Assembly: GCA_051532055.1 (NCBI GenBank)
Contig: JAOPTX010000004.1
Span: 69,205 to 94,927 of the forward strand
From: Fibrobacterales bacterium
Lineage (GTDB): Bacteria; Fibrobacterota; Fibrobacteria; Fibrobacterales; JAOPTW01
Direction: 5' to 3'
Length of the DNA stretch: 25,723 nucleotides
A program made the position numbers and the translations under genes. Of the stretch, positions 1 to 9,027 are shown piece by piece (the stretch's first letter is position 1; the number at the start of each line of letters is the position of its first letter). The notes beneath the pieces are model-generated. The model was not told where the DNA came from. It saw nothing but the letters and a program-made list of their open reading frames with translations, and ran no database searches.

Positions 1-222
1 CATACCCTTTTTTATTTTTACTTTTTTGAAAGCTGAAAATAGATTGTTTGTTAAAGGGAAGGGTGGATTAAGGTTATGGGTGTCTTTCATTAATATTTAT
101 TAATAACCTATAAGAAGCGGGTGAAAATACACAATCTATCCTCAACAAATAGTATGAATATTAAATCGTGGGAGGGCTAAGTTCTGGCCTGATATTGAAA
201 TATAACGCTGATTCCATTTTAT

Positions 223-2433
223 CTAATCATCTTCTCTCACGCACTTAACAGATAAACTTTTGCCGGTTCCACTATTTCTATCAAATGAAGTAAATATGAG
301 GCTTTTATCTGATTTAGTATATTCTGCGTAGTAGTAACTATCTGGCCCATCTATACCTTGTGAACTAGTCCAAAAGACATTTTTTTCGCCTAAATTAGAT
401 GAGGAGGAACCTCCTTGTGAATTACTGTGGAAAGTTATTCCTCCAAAAGCACTACTGGGTAAATTGATAAAATAATTTATAGTTAGATTTTGAAGTTCTA
501 ATTTTGTTGGAAGGCGCCATGGGTCTGGGCAAATATCTTGGGCATTTAATGGACTGTATTGCCCCCCATATGTAATGCAGTTGTTGTCTACTGATTTATA
601 ACACCAAGTATGGGCGTAGTTAAGGTTAGTGGTGAATAAAAAGAGTTCTTCATGTTTTACCCAAGTAAATGTTCTGTTATCATCTCGGGTGTCGATGTAG
701 TTTCCTGAGGTCAATTCTTCATAAACAGCAGTAACTTGACCCTCGCCGTCGCAATAATAAGTAGCAATACGTCCTTGAGTACTTTCAACAACACAGTCTC
801 CACTTCCTTCCCATTTGTCAAAAGTATAGCCAAACGGGTCGGCTGGGGCTGTGTGTTGCTCTCTGACGCGATAGCCAACATTATGATTTTCCTGTGTGAA
901 AATTGAAGATGGCGATGATTTTATTTTGGCGTTATAAGTTTTTCGGGTGAAATTCACATATACCGATCCCTGACCTGGTCCATCAAAAGTAATGGTATTG
1001 CCTGATACTAGTACATTTTCTTTAGCAACCATTTGATCAAAAATATATCCTGCTTTTGCTGTCATAGTTTTTGTTGCAGTAGGGGTGTTTTCTTTCAATT
1101 GAATAGAACTCAGGTTATCAGACACTGATGGGCAGTCATTAAAATCATCACCATTGACTTGGCAGATAAATGAGATAGTTGCTGAAGGAATTTCTGACTC
1201 TGTAAAGATAATAGTGATCTCTAATTCAGTCGACCTCTTATGCGCGTCATCGATTCCTGTAATTTTATTTCCAGATAGATTGAGCTGTTCAGTTTCTAAT
1301 GAGTAATTACAATAATCATCTGTTGTTATACCAAGATCAATAGGTGTATCACCCGTTGTAAATTCAATAGAATTTGTGGTAATAGATCCACAAGTGCCAC
1401 TTTTTTTAACTGAGATTGAATAGATGATTGGTGTAAATATCGCATCGATAGTTTCGTCATCATCACACTCTATCTGCGCATCTATTTCGCTTTTTGGTGA
1501 TGTTACAGTACAGTGTGAACCACTTTCCCATTCCTTAAATAGATATCCAGGGCTTGGTTCTGGTGATTGAGATATTGTTTGTTTCTCTCCTTCTTCAATT
1601 TCAATGGAGCTTGTAGTGATTCCCGAATTAATAGTGATAGTATATTTGTGTGTAACTTGGCTACTAGATGAGTGCTCATTGGGGTCAATTAATGAACTTG
1701 ATGAAGTAGAAGTAGGGTTTTTAAATGAAGAGCTACTTAATTCGCTCAGGTCGCTACTATCGAGTGCTTCTGAGCTTGAATCTTCATCTTCTTTAATCTC
1801 ACTGTCTGAACTAGGTAAAAAAGAGCTGTACTCTGTTTCATTACTACTTTCTTCAATTGAGCTCTCCTCAATTTCCTCTTCTGAACTAGATGAGAGTTCT
1901 GCAATACGCTCTTTATTTATAAATGATGTAATCTCTACGAGTTGATCAGCGTCAAACAATTCTGCGAGAGTTTCTGAGTCTAGTTCAGTAAGTGATTTAA
2001 TATTTTCTTTTTTTAGAGAACTTCTTATGGACTCATCCGAAAGGATTTCAATGACGTCGTCATGAATCGTTTCTTCATTTTTCGCTTCGAGCGTTTTGTA
2101 ATTATTTATGACTCGTTTATATTCAGCAACTGCTATTCCATATGAATAGCAGGTATATGATACGGTTGTTTCACTATTTTTACTTGCTTGGATGGGGAAG
2201 GTGAGCACAATAGGATTGTCTTTAAGATCAAAATCATCATCGTAAGAACTGAACGATTCCGTTTGATTGGTATACTGTGTACCGTCATAAGAAATTTCGA
2301 CTATAATACTGTGTATATTGAGGTCTTCATCGTTTTCTATGTTGAGTACATAATCTTGAGTCGATGGAGTAGTTGAATTGAGGCAGCCAACTATAGTAAA
2401 GAATACTATTAGGTAAAATAAAAATAATTTCAT
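223..2433 (-). CDS. Lipoprotein with Ser/Glu-rich linker, InlB B-repeat-like (Listeria-Bacteroides repeat) domains and C-terminal FISUMP (Fib_succ_major) domain
   Basis: Signal II/lipobox MKLFLFYLIVFFTIVG-C; SD-like AAGGAAG upstream. Poly-Ser linker. Repeated GY(L/I/T)F-x-x-W motifs (GYLFKEW, GYIFDQM, GYTFDKW). C-terminal YIDTRD...NLNY..TWCY...NC.TYG..Y...CP..WRLPT...FWTSS...SVKCVRE is typical of FISUMP domains. Confidence 0.85.
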   Translation of the reverse strand: MKLFLFYLIVFFTIVGCLNSTTPSTQDYVLNIENDEDLNIHSIIVEISYDGTQYTNQTESFSSYDDDFDLKDNPIVLTFPIQASKNSETTVSYTCYSYGIAVAEYKRVINNYKTLEAKNEETIHDDVIEILSDESIRSSLKKENIKSLTELDSETLAELFDADQLVEITSFINKERIAELSSSSEEEIEESSIEESSNETEYSSFLPSSDSEIKEDEDSSSEALDSSDLSELSSSSFKNPTSTSSSSLIDPNEHSSSSQVTHKYTITINSGITTSSIEIEEGEKQTISQSPEPSPGYLFKEWESGSHCTVTSPKSEIDAQIECDDDETIDAIFTPIIYSISVKKSGTCGSITTNSIEFTTGDTPIDLGITTDDYCNYSLETEQLNLSGNKITGIDDAHKRSTELEITIIFTESEIPSATISFICQVNGDDFNDCPSVSDNLSSIQLKENTPTATKTMTAKAGYIFDQMVAKENVLVSGNTITFDGPGQGSVYVNFTRKTYNAKIKSSPSSIFTQENHNVGYRVREQHTAPADPFGYTFDKWEGSGDCVVESTQGRIATYYCDGEGQVTAVYEELTSGNYIDTRDDNRTFTWVKHEELFLFTTNLNYAHTWCYKSVDNNCITYGGQYSPLNAQDICPDPWRLPTKLELQNLTINYFINLPSSAFGGITFHSNSQGGSSSSNLGEKNVFWTSSQGIDGPDSYYYAEYTKSDKSLIFTSFDRNSGTGKSLSVKCVREDD

Positions 2434-2781
2434 AGTGCTTCCTTTGTTTAAGGGTAGGTATGGGTACTTATGAATTGAAGGTATACCGTATATAAGTGGA
2501 AATCAAATATAGAATTTACTAAAGAGAATTAAATGTAAAATAGCAGATAACATTATGGACTGTACTGCTCTATCTATACAGGCGAAGAGGCTCGCATCAA
2601 TTAATATTTATTTGGCGTTTTTTGTGTTGTGCTTACAAAACATATGAAGCATGGCGTTTTAGGTCGTTTTATGTAGTGTCGGAGGAATGTAGTACTTGCG
2701 CTCTTTGCTCAGAGTATATATTTTTAACCTACCATACAAACAGAGTACACGAAACACACAGCACAAAAAAAGATATATCAT

Positions 2782-3903
2782 ATGAAAAACAAGCTATTAC
2801 AAGCATTGGTATTTATATCTATGCTCATTGGGACAGGATGTTCACCAGACCCCGCATCAGGTGATATTACATCAACAAGTTCAGAATCAACACAGCCTTC
2901 GAGTAGAGATGATCTCTCTTCCGAAACTCCTAAACTATCGTCAGAGGCTACTGAGTCATCTGAAGAAATTGAGAGCAGTGAAAAGTTTTCTAGCTCTGAA
3001 GGTGTAGAATCATCAAGTTCACTCAAAGAGATAAGTTCTAGTTCAGAAGAGCCTTCATCAAGTGAAATAGCCTCAAGTTCCGAGGAGTCATCGTCTTCAT
3101 CTTCAATTGAAGTGGACCCGTATTCCTTTGACCCCGATGACTTTCCACAATATGAAGGGTTTACTTTAAAAATTGCCGAAGAATTTAATGGAGTTCCAGC
3201 AAATCCTCTCTATTGGAAATCTGGCGATGGAACATGGGATGGGAATCTATGCCGGTTTGGGCCCGATGGTATCGAATATAATGATTCGGCTATGTACTTA
3301 ACAGTGCAAGAACAATTTGTGCCGGGCAGCTTTTCTAATACCGAAAATGAAGAGGTGGGTAATAGAGATTATATATGTGGTGAGTTAGCGACTAAAAAGA
3401 TGACCTATACATATGGGCGCCTCGAAGGCCGTATAAAGGGACCACCAGGGAGCGGGTGGGTGACCTCACTTTTTTGGTTTCATTTCCCAAAAACGCATTG
3501 GCGAGAGATGGACGTTGAAGTTGAAGGGCAGTATCATACATCGTATAAAACGAATATATGGCGTACCAATGGTGATCAAAATAATCGCTCGGAATCACCT
3601 TCTAATTATGAAATCCATAATTTTAACGTGTATAGTATGGAGTGGGGGCCTGGATATGTTAAATTTTATACTAACGATGAATTGACTCGTGAAATTTTTG
3701 CTCAAAATGATGGCGATATAGAGTATATTCCCGATGAACCCCTTTCACTTCTTGCTAATTTTTGGATAGGTAATTATGGTAAAGGTTTTGGTGGACCCAA
3801 TGATGGTAATACTTATCCTATGAAGGCGGAATATGATTGGATACGGTACTATGAACTCGATTCAGAGCCATTAGATTGGGATAGTATCGAAGCAACTGAG
3901 TAA
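2782..3903 (+). CDS. GH16 glycoside hydrolase lipoprotein (licheninase-like, beta-1,3-1,4-glucanase type)
   Basis: Lipobox IGTG-C and long Ser-rich linker. YGRLEGRIK..GSG.V.SLF, catalytic W-R-E-M-D-V-E (ExDxE, 3505-3519), Y.MEW.P..VKFY, and MKAEYDWIRYY. Confidence 0.88.
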   Translation: MKNKLLQALVFISMLIGTGCSPDPASGDITSTSSESTQPSSRDDLSSETPKLSSEATESSEEIESSEKFSSSEGVESSSSLKEISSSSEEPSSSEIASSSEESSSSSSIEVDPYSFDPDDFPQYEGFTLKIAEEFNGVPANPLYWKSGDGTWDGNLCRFGPDGIEYNDSAMYLTVQEQFVPGSFSNTENEEVGNRDYICGELATKKMTYTYGRLEGRIKGPPGSGWVTSLFWFHFPKTHWREMDVEVEGQYHTSYKTNIWRTNGDQNNRSESPSNYEIHNFNVYSMEWGPGYVKFYTNDELTREIFAQNDGDIEYIPDEPLSLLANFWIGNYGKGFGGPNDGNTYPMKAEYDWIRYYELDSEPLDWDSIEATE

Positions 3904-3934
3904 CCTATCGATTTTTATACATCTACTATTTTAA

Positions 3935-3972
3935 ACCCAAAAGAGCCTGTCGATTGATAGGCTCTTTTGGGT
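3935..3972. terminator. Bidirectional intrinsic terminator between the convergent GH16 and TonB receptor genes
   Basis: Perfect 14-bp inverted repeat ACCCAAAAGAGCCT (3935-3948) / AGGCTCTTTTGGGT (3959-3972). Confidence 0.8.
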
Positions 3973-4008
3973 ATCGTAAATTACTAAGGATAGTATTCGA
4001 TACCCTTT

Positions 4009-6567
4009 CTAAAACTGTGTATCAACCCCAACAGTAATAGTCCGCTCAGGAAGGTAATAAGCCCCTACAGCTGTTTTATACTTGTTGTTCAATAGGTTGG
4101 TGACTTTGAGGGTCAAATCAGCATATGATGCAAGATTTAAACGACTATTGAAGTCTACTGTGTAATGTCCATTTTTTATAGTTTGAAATTCTCGGTACCC
4201 GCTGATGTATTTAATCCAGGTGAAAAAGTTGAATACATTTGCGGTATAGGATAGACCTATGTTTCCGGTCCAGATTGGGGCGTAAGGGGTGTAACCGGTT
4301 TTATTGTCAGGGGTGTCGGGATTGGGGAACCCCCATGTTTCTGCAAAAGAACCATTTGCAACTATATAATAGCGTTTGCATGGGGTAACTTGAAACTCTA
4401 GCTCACCACCCTGTGCGTAAGTTGTTCCATCGTAATTTCCAAAAAAATCTGATTCAAGAATGGAGCCATCAATTACACCACCGTTACCTATTGCCCCATG
4501 TTTTTTCCAGAAGAAGAATTTACCGATGGTTTGCGTAGTCATGTTATAAAAGTGAGTATAGGATGCAGAGAATTTAGATCTATTATAGGTTATGCCTCCT
4601 TCGAGGGTTTCTATGATTTCTGGTTTCACTGTTTTAAGATGAGTAAGGTTTTGTTTATCTGGGTATTGTGTATTGTGATTTTCAATTTGATAGCTCTTTT
4701 CATTATTGTGACTTACTTCTTGAATGCCTGGTGCTTTGAGGGCGCGACTATAGGAAGAACGGATGTTTATCTGGTCAGTAATTTTTTGTACTAAGGCGAG
4801 TCTCGGTGAAAGTGTTGAGTAGGTTTCACCATCGAGATACCCATTGTCTTGCCTCACTCCTGTTGTTGTGATGAGCCCTTTTAAAAGGGGGAGTGTATAA
4901 CTTATTTGAATGTACTCCGACCAAGTATGCGCTTTTTCACCATAGAGTTGTGTATGTCCTCCATTAAATCCATTGGTAGCTAGCGCATTAGAATGTATAG
5001 TGTACGATCGTTGTTGATCTTGCCATCGGGTATCATATTGTAAGCCGGCTATAATAGTGAAGTCCTTATTGTTTGAATAGGAAATTTCTGAGGTGCCCTC
5101 AATATTATGAGTAAATACATCGTATTCAAAGAGCCCCCAACGGGGCAATGCGGTACCATTCATAATAGCATCGGAAGAGCCTGATTCCGCCCACCAACCT
5201 ACTCTATTGGCCTGCTTGCCAAATTCTCTGCTTTTATTGTACTTAATACTACTATAGAGGTGAAGTGATGGTGAGAGGTCTTTGCTATATGAAAGATACG
5301 GAATAAGAGAACTCCAAATGTGGAGGTTCGAAATACTTGAGTTGTCTGCCCAGCCCATGCCGTAGCCATTTTCTCTGTCAGTATATATGAGTCCGATTTT
5401 AAATCCTTTAAAGAGACCTTCAGTAAAAAGTTGAGATACATGTATGAATAATGACGTCTCTTGGGTTCTCATCTCATTTTGTGTAGCGCCATACTGTTCG
5501 GGAAAAATTCGGTTATTGGTGTCGATAGCTGTAAGGTATCGGGCTACTTGCTTGTTTACGAGTGAATCTTTAATAACATAGTGTGGAATGTCGTTACTGT
5601 TGAGTGTATCAACAAAAGAATAGTTGTCGAGAATAATCGATTGGTCGATGAGATCTTGCTTTGAGTATACAGGGTAGCCTTGCACGGTAATAGTATCATG
5701 AGGGAGAGAACCAGTACTGGAAAATGAAAAAGAGCTATCAATAGTAACGGCGCTCGCCTGAAGAGTATCACTATTTAAAAGGGTGAATGATCCAGAGCTA
5801 TCAATGGCGGTATATGTTTGTTGATTGTCAATGGTGTAATGGCCCGTTTGATTGCTTGTTTCAATTGTTTTGTTGAGTTCGTCTAAATAATTTTTCGAGG
5901 TTGGCTGTTGATCTGCATCTTTAGTATGATATCCAATACTGAGATGGGTTACACCATAGGTACCTTTTTTTGTGAGGGAAGCTAAGAGTGATTTATTCAT
6001 TATATAATTATCATCGTTGTTCTTTTTAAAATTTTCAGTACCTATATTTACGAGTACCCGTGCTTGTTCTTTTGGGCTTGAAACAATATTAATAACACCG
6101 TTAAATGCGCCAGTGCCATAGAGAGCTGATGCCGGTCCTTTGAGAAATTCTACACGCTCAGCAAAATGTAAGGGGAGGTCCCAGTCTACCTGGCCCATAT
6201 AATTTCGAGAATGATTTATAGAAATACCATCAACGAGAATTAAGTGTTTTGAGTTGTGAGTTCCATATGTTCCTCGAGTCTCTAGCCACGCATCGTTATC
6301 AGAGGTGACATTGAGTGAATAGCCTGGTGTAACTTCTGCTAGATCTTTGAGGGTGTAAATACCCATTGCATCCATAGCTTTTCTAGAGTATACCGTTACT
6401 GTTCCAGAAGCATCTGAAACAGGCTCAGCTTTTTTTGAAGCTACCACAATGGTTTGATTAAGGAGCTCTTCAAATGACATCTCCATTAATGCTTCAAGTT
6501 CATCTACAGGTTCGCTTGCATAGAGTGCAAAAATAAAGCAAAGTATGATGGATATAATGTGTTTCAA
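4009..6567 (-). CDS. TonB-dependent outer-membrane receptor
   Basis: TTG start with strong SD AGGAGG and a signal peptide. N-terminal MSFEELLN..IVVASK. Plug motifs TVTVYS...TLKDL...PG and ERVEFLKGPASALYG.GAFNGVINI. Barrel motifs SPRLALV, KPE....LEGG and NLLN..Y; C-terminal Phe. Confidence 0.92.
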   Translation of the reverse strand: MKHIISIILCFIFALYASEPVDELEALMEMSFEELLNQTIVVASKKAEPVSDASGTVTVYSRKAMDAMGIYTLKDLAEVTPGYSLNVTSDNDAWLETRGTYGTHNSKHLILVDGISINHSRNYMGQVDWDLPLHFAERVEFLKGPASALYGTGAFNGVINIVSSPKEQARVLVNIGTENFKKNNDDNYIMNKSLLASLTKKGTYGVTHLSIGYHTKDADQQPTSKNYLDELNKTIETSNQTGHYTIDNQQTYTAIDSSGSFTLLNSDTLQASAVTIDSSFSFSSTGSLPHDTITVQGYPVYSKQDLIDQSIILDNYSFVDTLNSNDIPHYVIKDSLVNKQVARYLTAIDTNNRIFPEQYGATQNEMRTQETSLFIHVSQLFTEGLFKGFKIGLIYTDRENGYGMGWADNSSISNLHIWSSLIPYLSYSKDLSPSLHLYSSIKYNKSREFGKQANRVGWWAESGSSDAIMNGTALPRWGLFEYDVFTHNIEGTSEISYSNNKDFTIIAGLQYDTRWQDQQRSYTIHSNALATNGFNGGHTQLYGEKAHTWSEYIQISYTLPLLKGLITTTGVRQDNGYLDGETYSTLSPRLALVQKITDQINIRSSYSRALKAPGIQEVSHNNEKSYQIENHNTQYPDKQNLTHLKTVKPEIIETLEGGITYNRSKFSASYTHFYNMTTQTIGKFFFWKKHGAIGNGGVIDGSILESDFFGNYDGTTYAQGGELEFQVTPCKRYYIVANGSFAETWGFPNPDTPDNKTGYTPYAPIWTGNIGLSYTANVFNFFTWIKYISGYREFQTIKNGHYTVDFNSRLNLASYADLTLKVTNLLNNKYKTAVGAYYLPERTITVGVDTQF

Positions 6568-6690
6568 AGTTCCTCCTAACTGTAGATTAGATAATAATAC
6601 CTTATTGAAGTGTAGTCAACACAAAGGAGTTTAAAGTGTTGCCAAACTGTTGTGTAGGGTGTACTCACTGAATTTTTATCTATGGCTCGG

Positions 6691-8160
6691 TTAGTTATTA
6701 CTCAAGCTTTTTAAAAAGTATTTGGTGATGTCGAGCCGTTGATTGAGATAGAGGTCAACGGAATCAATGGGGATGCTGTTTAAAGTAATTCGATATAATT
6801 CAAAAGAGAGATTATTCTGGGTGCATTGATACAGTGACCCGTCAAGTTGTGCAAGTTCTGCACTCTGAGCAGGGCTAGGAATAGTTCCAAGATATGCTGT
6901 CAGCTTTAGCTCAATGGCCTTGAGGAAAGATGTGACCTCGTCTATGTTGACGGCCGTAATATCTGGCGTGATACTCAATGATGCAACAATTGAGTGATTA
7001 CTTGCGTCGCTATTAACCAAAAATTGATAGCTCTGTGAAGTATTCCAAAATGTTTCTGATAAGCAGTTCTCTAAAGGGATGTTAGAAAGTGCAAGGTCCG
7101 CAACAGTGGTTGGCTGAATAGCTAAGAGACTTTTGTGTACATCAGTCTTGAGGTCAAAATCATTTAGCGTAGTGTGATTGGATTGAATTATAAAGTGATG
7201 TGCGCCATAAGGGCCTGTCTCAATGGGGTTACTCGGTCCAAAGAGTGCAATGACTGGGCATGAAACCGCTGTTGCCATATGCATGGCAAAGGTGTCTCCG
7301 GTAATGAGGAGGCGCGCTCTTTTTAAAACCTGTGATACTTCAAGGAGTGATGTTGCACCTGCTACATTAGAAATGCGGCTTGGAGCAATGGCTCGCAGTA
7401 TTTCGTTACTATCATACTCTTGGGGGGCACCAATCAAAACAATATGATCAATTCCATTATCTATAATGCTGCGAATTGATTCTGACCAATAAGATAATGG
7501 CCATTTTTTACCGCTCCAAGCAGAGCCTTGTTGTATTGCAATACAATCATTGGGAATGGAATTGAGGAGGTGTTTAGGTAGGTTACAAGGAGGGAGTGAT
7601 GCAACGGGACGAGTATAAGTGTTAATCCCCGCTATCCGGTGATAAATATCTATAGCATGAAGCCTGTTTGCCTTTCTGTTGGCAGGGATTGCATAGAGGT
7701 ACCTGCTCCAAGTGTCGCCAATTATAAATTCACCAAAGGGGCCTAACCGCTTGCCTTTTTTAACATCAGCAGATATCATACTTTGAAGTATTGCGGAGTA
7801 ATCATCTTGAAAGAGATTGATGGAGATGGTGTAATGGGTTGAAAGGAGTTGTTTGAGTGCCTCTCTTAACAAGTCATATGCACAACTGTAGTCATTATTT
7901 TCAGCATGATTTTGAATAGAAGAGCGCGGGAGTATATGGCAGTGTTCAATGTGAGGATGATATTGTATAAGATCTTTACATTCTGCATCAACAAGGAATT
8001 CAAGGGTGAATTCAGGATGGTATCGTCTGAGTGAATCAATGAGATATAACGCCATGATTACATCTCCCGGATTATTGGGGAGAATTATCAATACGCGTTT
8101 TTCAATATCTTGATTAACTATAGTTTTGCTCCTGACGAGATTTCTTCTGTAGTAAGGCAT
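6691..8160 (-). CDS. Glycosyltransferase family 9 (ADP-heptose:LPS heptosyltransferase-like) with C-terminal extension
   Basis: RVLII.....GDVIM, GSAWSGKKWP and ARLLITGDT..MHMA.AV.CP.IALFGP motifs. Exact start is uncertain. Confidence 0.85.
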   Translation of the reverse strand: MPYYRRNLVRSKTIVNQDIEKRVLIILPNNPGDVIMALYLIDSLRRYHPEFTLEFLVDAECKDLIQYHPHIEHCHILPRSSIQNHAENNDYSCAYDLLREALKQLLSTHYTISINLFQDDYSAILQSMISADVKKGKRLGPFGEFIIGDTWSRYLYAIPANRKANRLHAIDIYHRIAGINTYTRPVASLPPCNLPKHLLNSIPNDCIAIQQGSAWSGKKWPLSYWSESIRSIIDNGIDHIVLIGAPQEYDSNEILRAIAPSRISNVAGATSLLEVSQVLKRARLLITGDTFAMHMATAVSCPVIALFGPSNPIETGPYGAHHFIIQSNHTTLNDFDLKTDVHKSLLAIQPTTVADLALSNIPLENCLSETFWNTSQSYQFLVNSDASNHSIVASLSITPDITAVNIDEVTSFLKAIELKLTAYLGTIPSPAQSAELAQLDGSLYQCTQNNLSFELYRITLNSIPIDSVDLYLNQRLDITKYFLKSLSNN

Positions 8161-8264
8161 CCATAAGTATCACTTCTGCAGATTCAGGACTAAGACTGTT
8201 GCTGTTGTTTTTTTCATCTACTGCACGATTAAGTGCAATAGATTGTTCAGTTTGATTTGTAATA

Positions 8265-9026
8265 TTATGCATCGTCAAAAGCGACATCGGTAAGTACTTC
8301 AACTCCATTGTCTGTCAGGGTTAAAGTATGTTCAAATTGCGCTGATAGTGAGCCATCTGCAGTGAGAACGGTCCAGCCATCTTCAAGAGTTTTGACCTTG
8401 AAGCCCCCGATGTTTATCATAGGTTCAATGGTGAAAACCATACCCTTCTGAATTTTGGGGCTCTTTTGGCGAGAATGATAATGGAGTACGAGAGGATCTT
8501 CGTGAAACTGGCGTCCGATACCATGACCGCAATAATCGCGCACAACACTATATCCAAGCTCATCGCAATAGCCTTGAATTGCGGTACCAATATCTCCAAA
8601 ATGAGCACGTTCTTTTACTGCGTTAATGCCTTCCCACATTGCAGTATGCGCAGCGTTAACTAAGTTACGAGTCTCATTAGAAACATCACCAACAAGGTAC
8701 GTCTTTGACGTGTCGCCATGATACCCGTTGAGAATTGAAGTGACATCGATATTGACAATGTCACCATCCTGTAATATATAATCATCAGGAATTCCATGAG
8801 TTACACAATCATTTACTGATAAGCATACTGATTTTGGAAAACCATGATAGTTTAATGGTGCAGGAATTGCATCATTCTCTATGGTGTAGTCGTGTACAAA
8901 AGCATCAATATCAAGGAGACGTGTCCCGGGAAGGGCCATTTTTCCTGCGAGGTAGAGTGTTTTTGCTGCGAGATGACTTGCTTCTCTAATGCGCTCAATT
9001 TCTAATTTGTTTTTAATACGTATCAT
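8265..9026 (-). CDS. map: Type I methionine aminopeptidase
   Basis: FPKSVCLSVN..V.HGIP, GDIVNIDV....GYHGDTS.T, GHGIG..FHE.P, FTIEPMIN and SAQFEHT metal-ligand motifs. Confidence 0.97.
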   Translation of the reverse strand: MIRIKNKLEIERIREASHLAAKTLYLAGKMALPGTRLLDIDAFVHDYTIENDAIPAPLNYHGFPKSVCLSVNDCVTHGIPDDYILQDGDIVNIDVTSILNGYHGDTSKTYLVGDVSNETRNLVNAAHTAMWEGINAVKERAHFGDIGTAIQGYCDELGYSVVRDYCGHGIGRQFHEDPLVLHYHSRQKSPKIQKGMVFTIEPMINIGGFKVKTLEDGWTVLTADGSLSAQFEHTLTLTDNGVEVLTDVAFDDA

Positions 9027-9027
9027 A

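Noticed and set aside
1..12. Possible start of a minus-strand gene (AAAGGGT-ATG at 3..1)
   Set aside because: Only a start codon is inside the window, so it cannot be supported.
2434..2781. 348-bp intergenic region as a riboswitch/ncRNA or the 80-aa ORF 2622..2864
   Set aside because: No recognisable conserved RNA motif. The ORF has a TTG start, overlaps the GH16 gene and has no protein features.
6625..6646. TTGGCA upstream of the TonB receptor as a sigma54 promoter
   Set aside because: No GC at the -12 position. TTGGCG at 2612 was rejected for the same reason.
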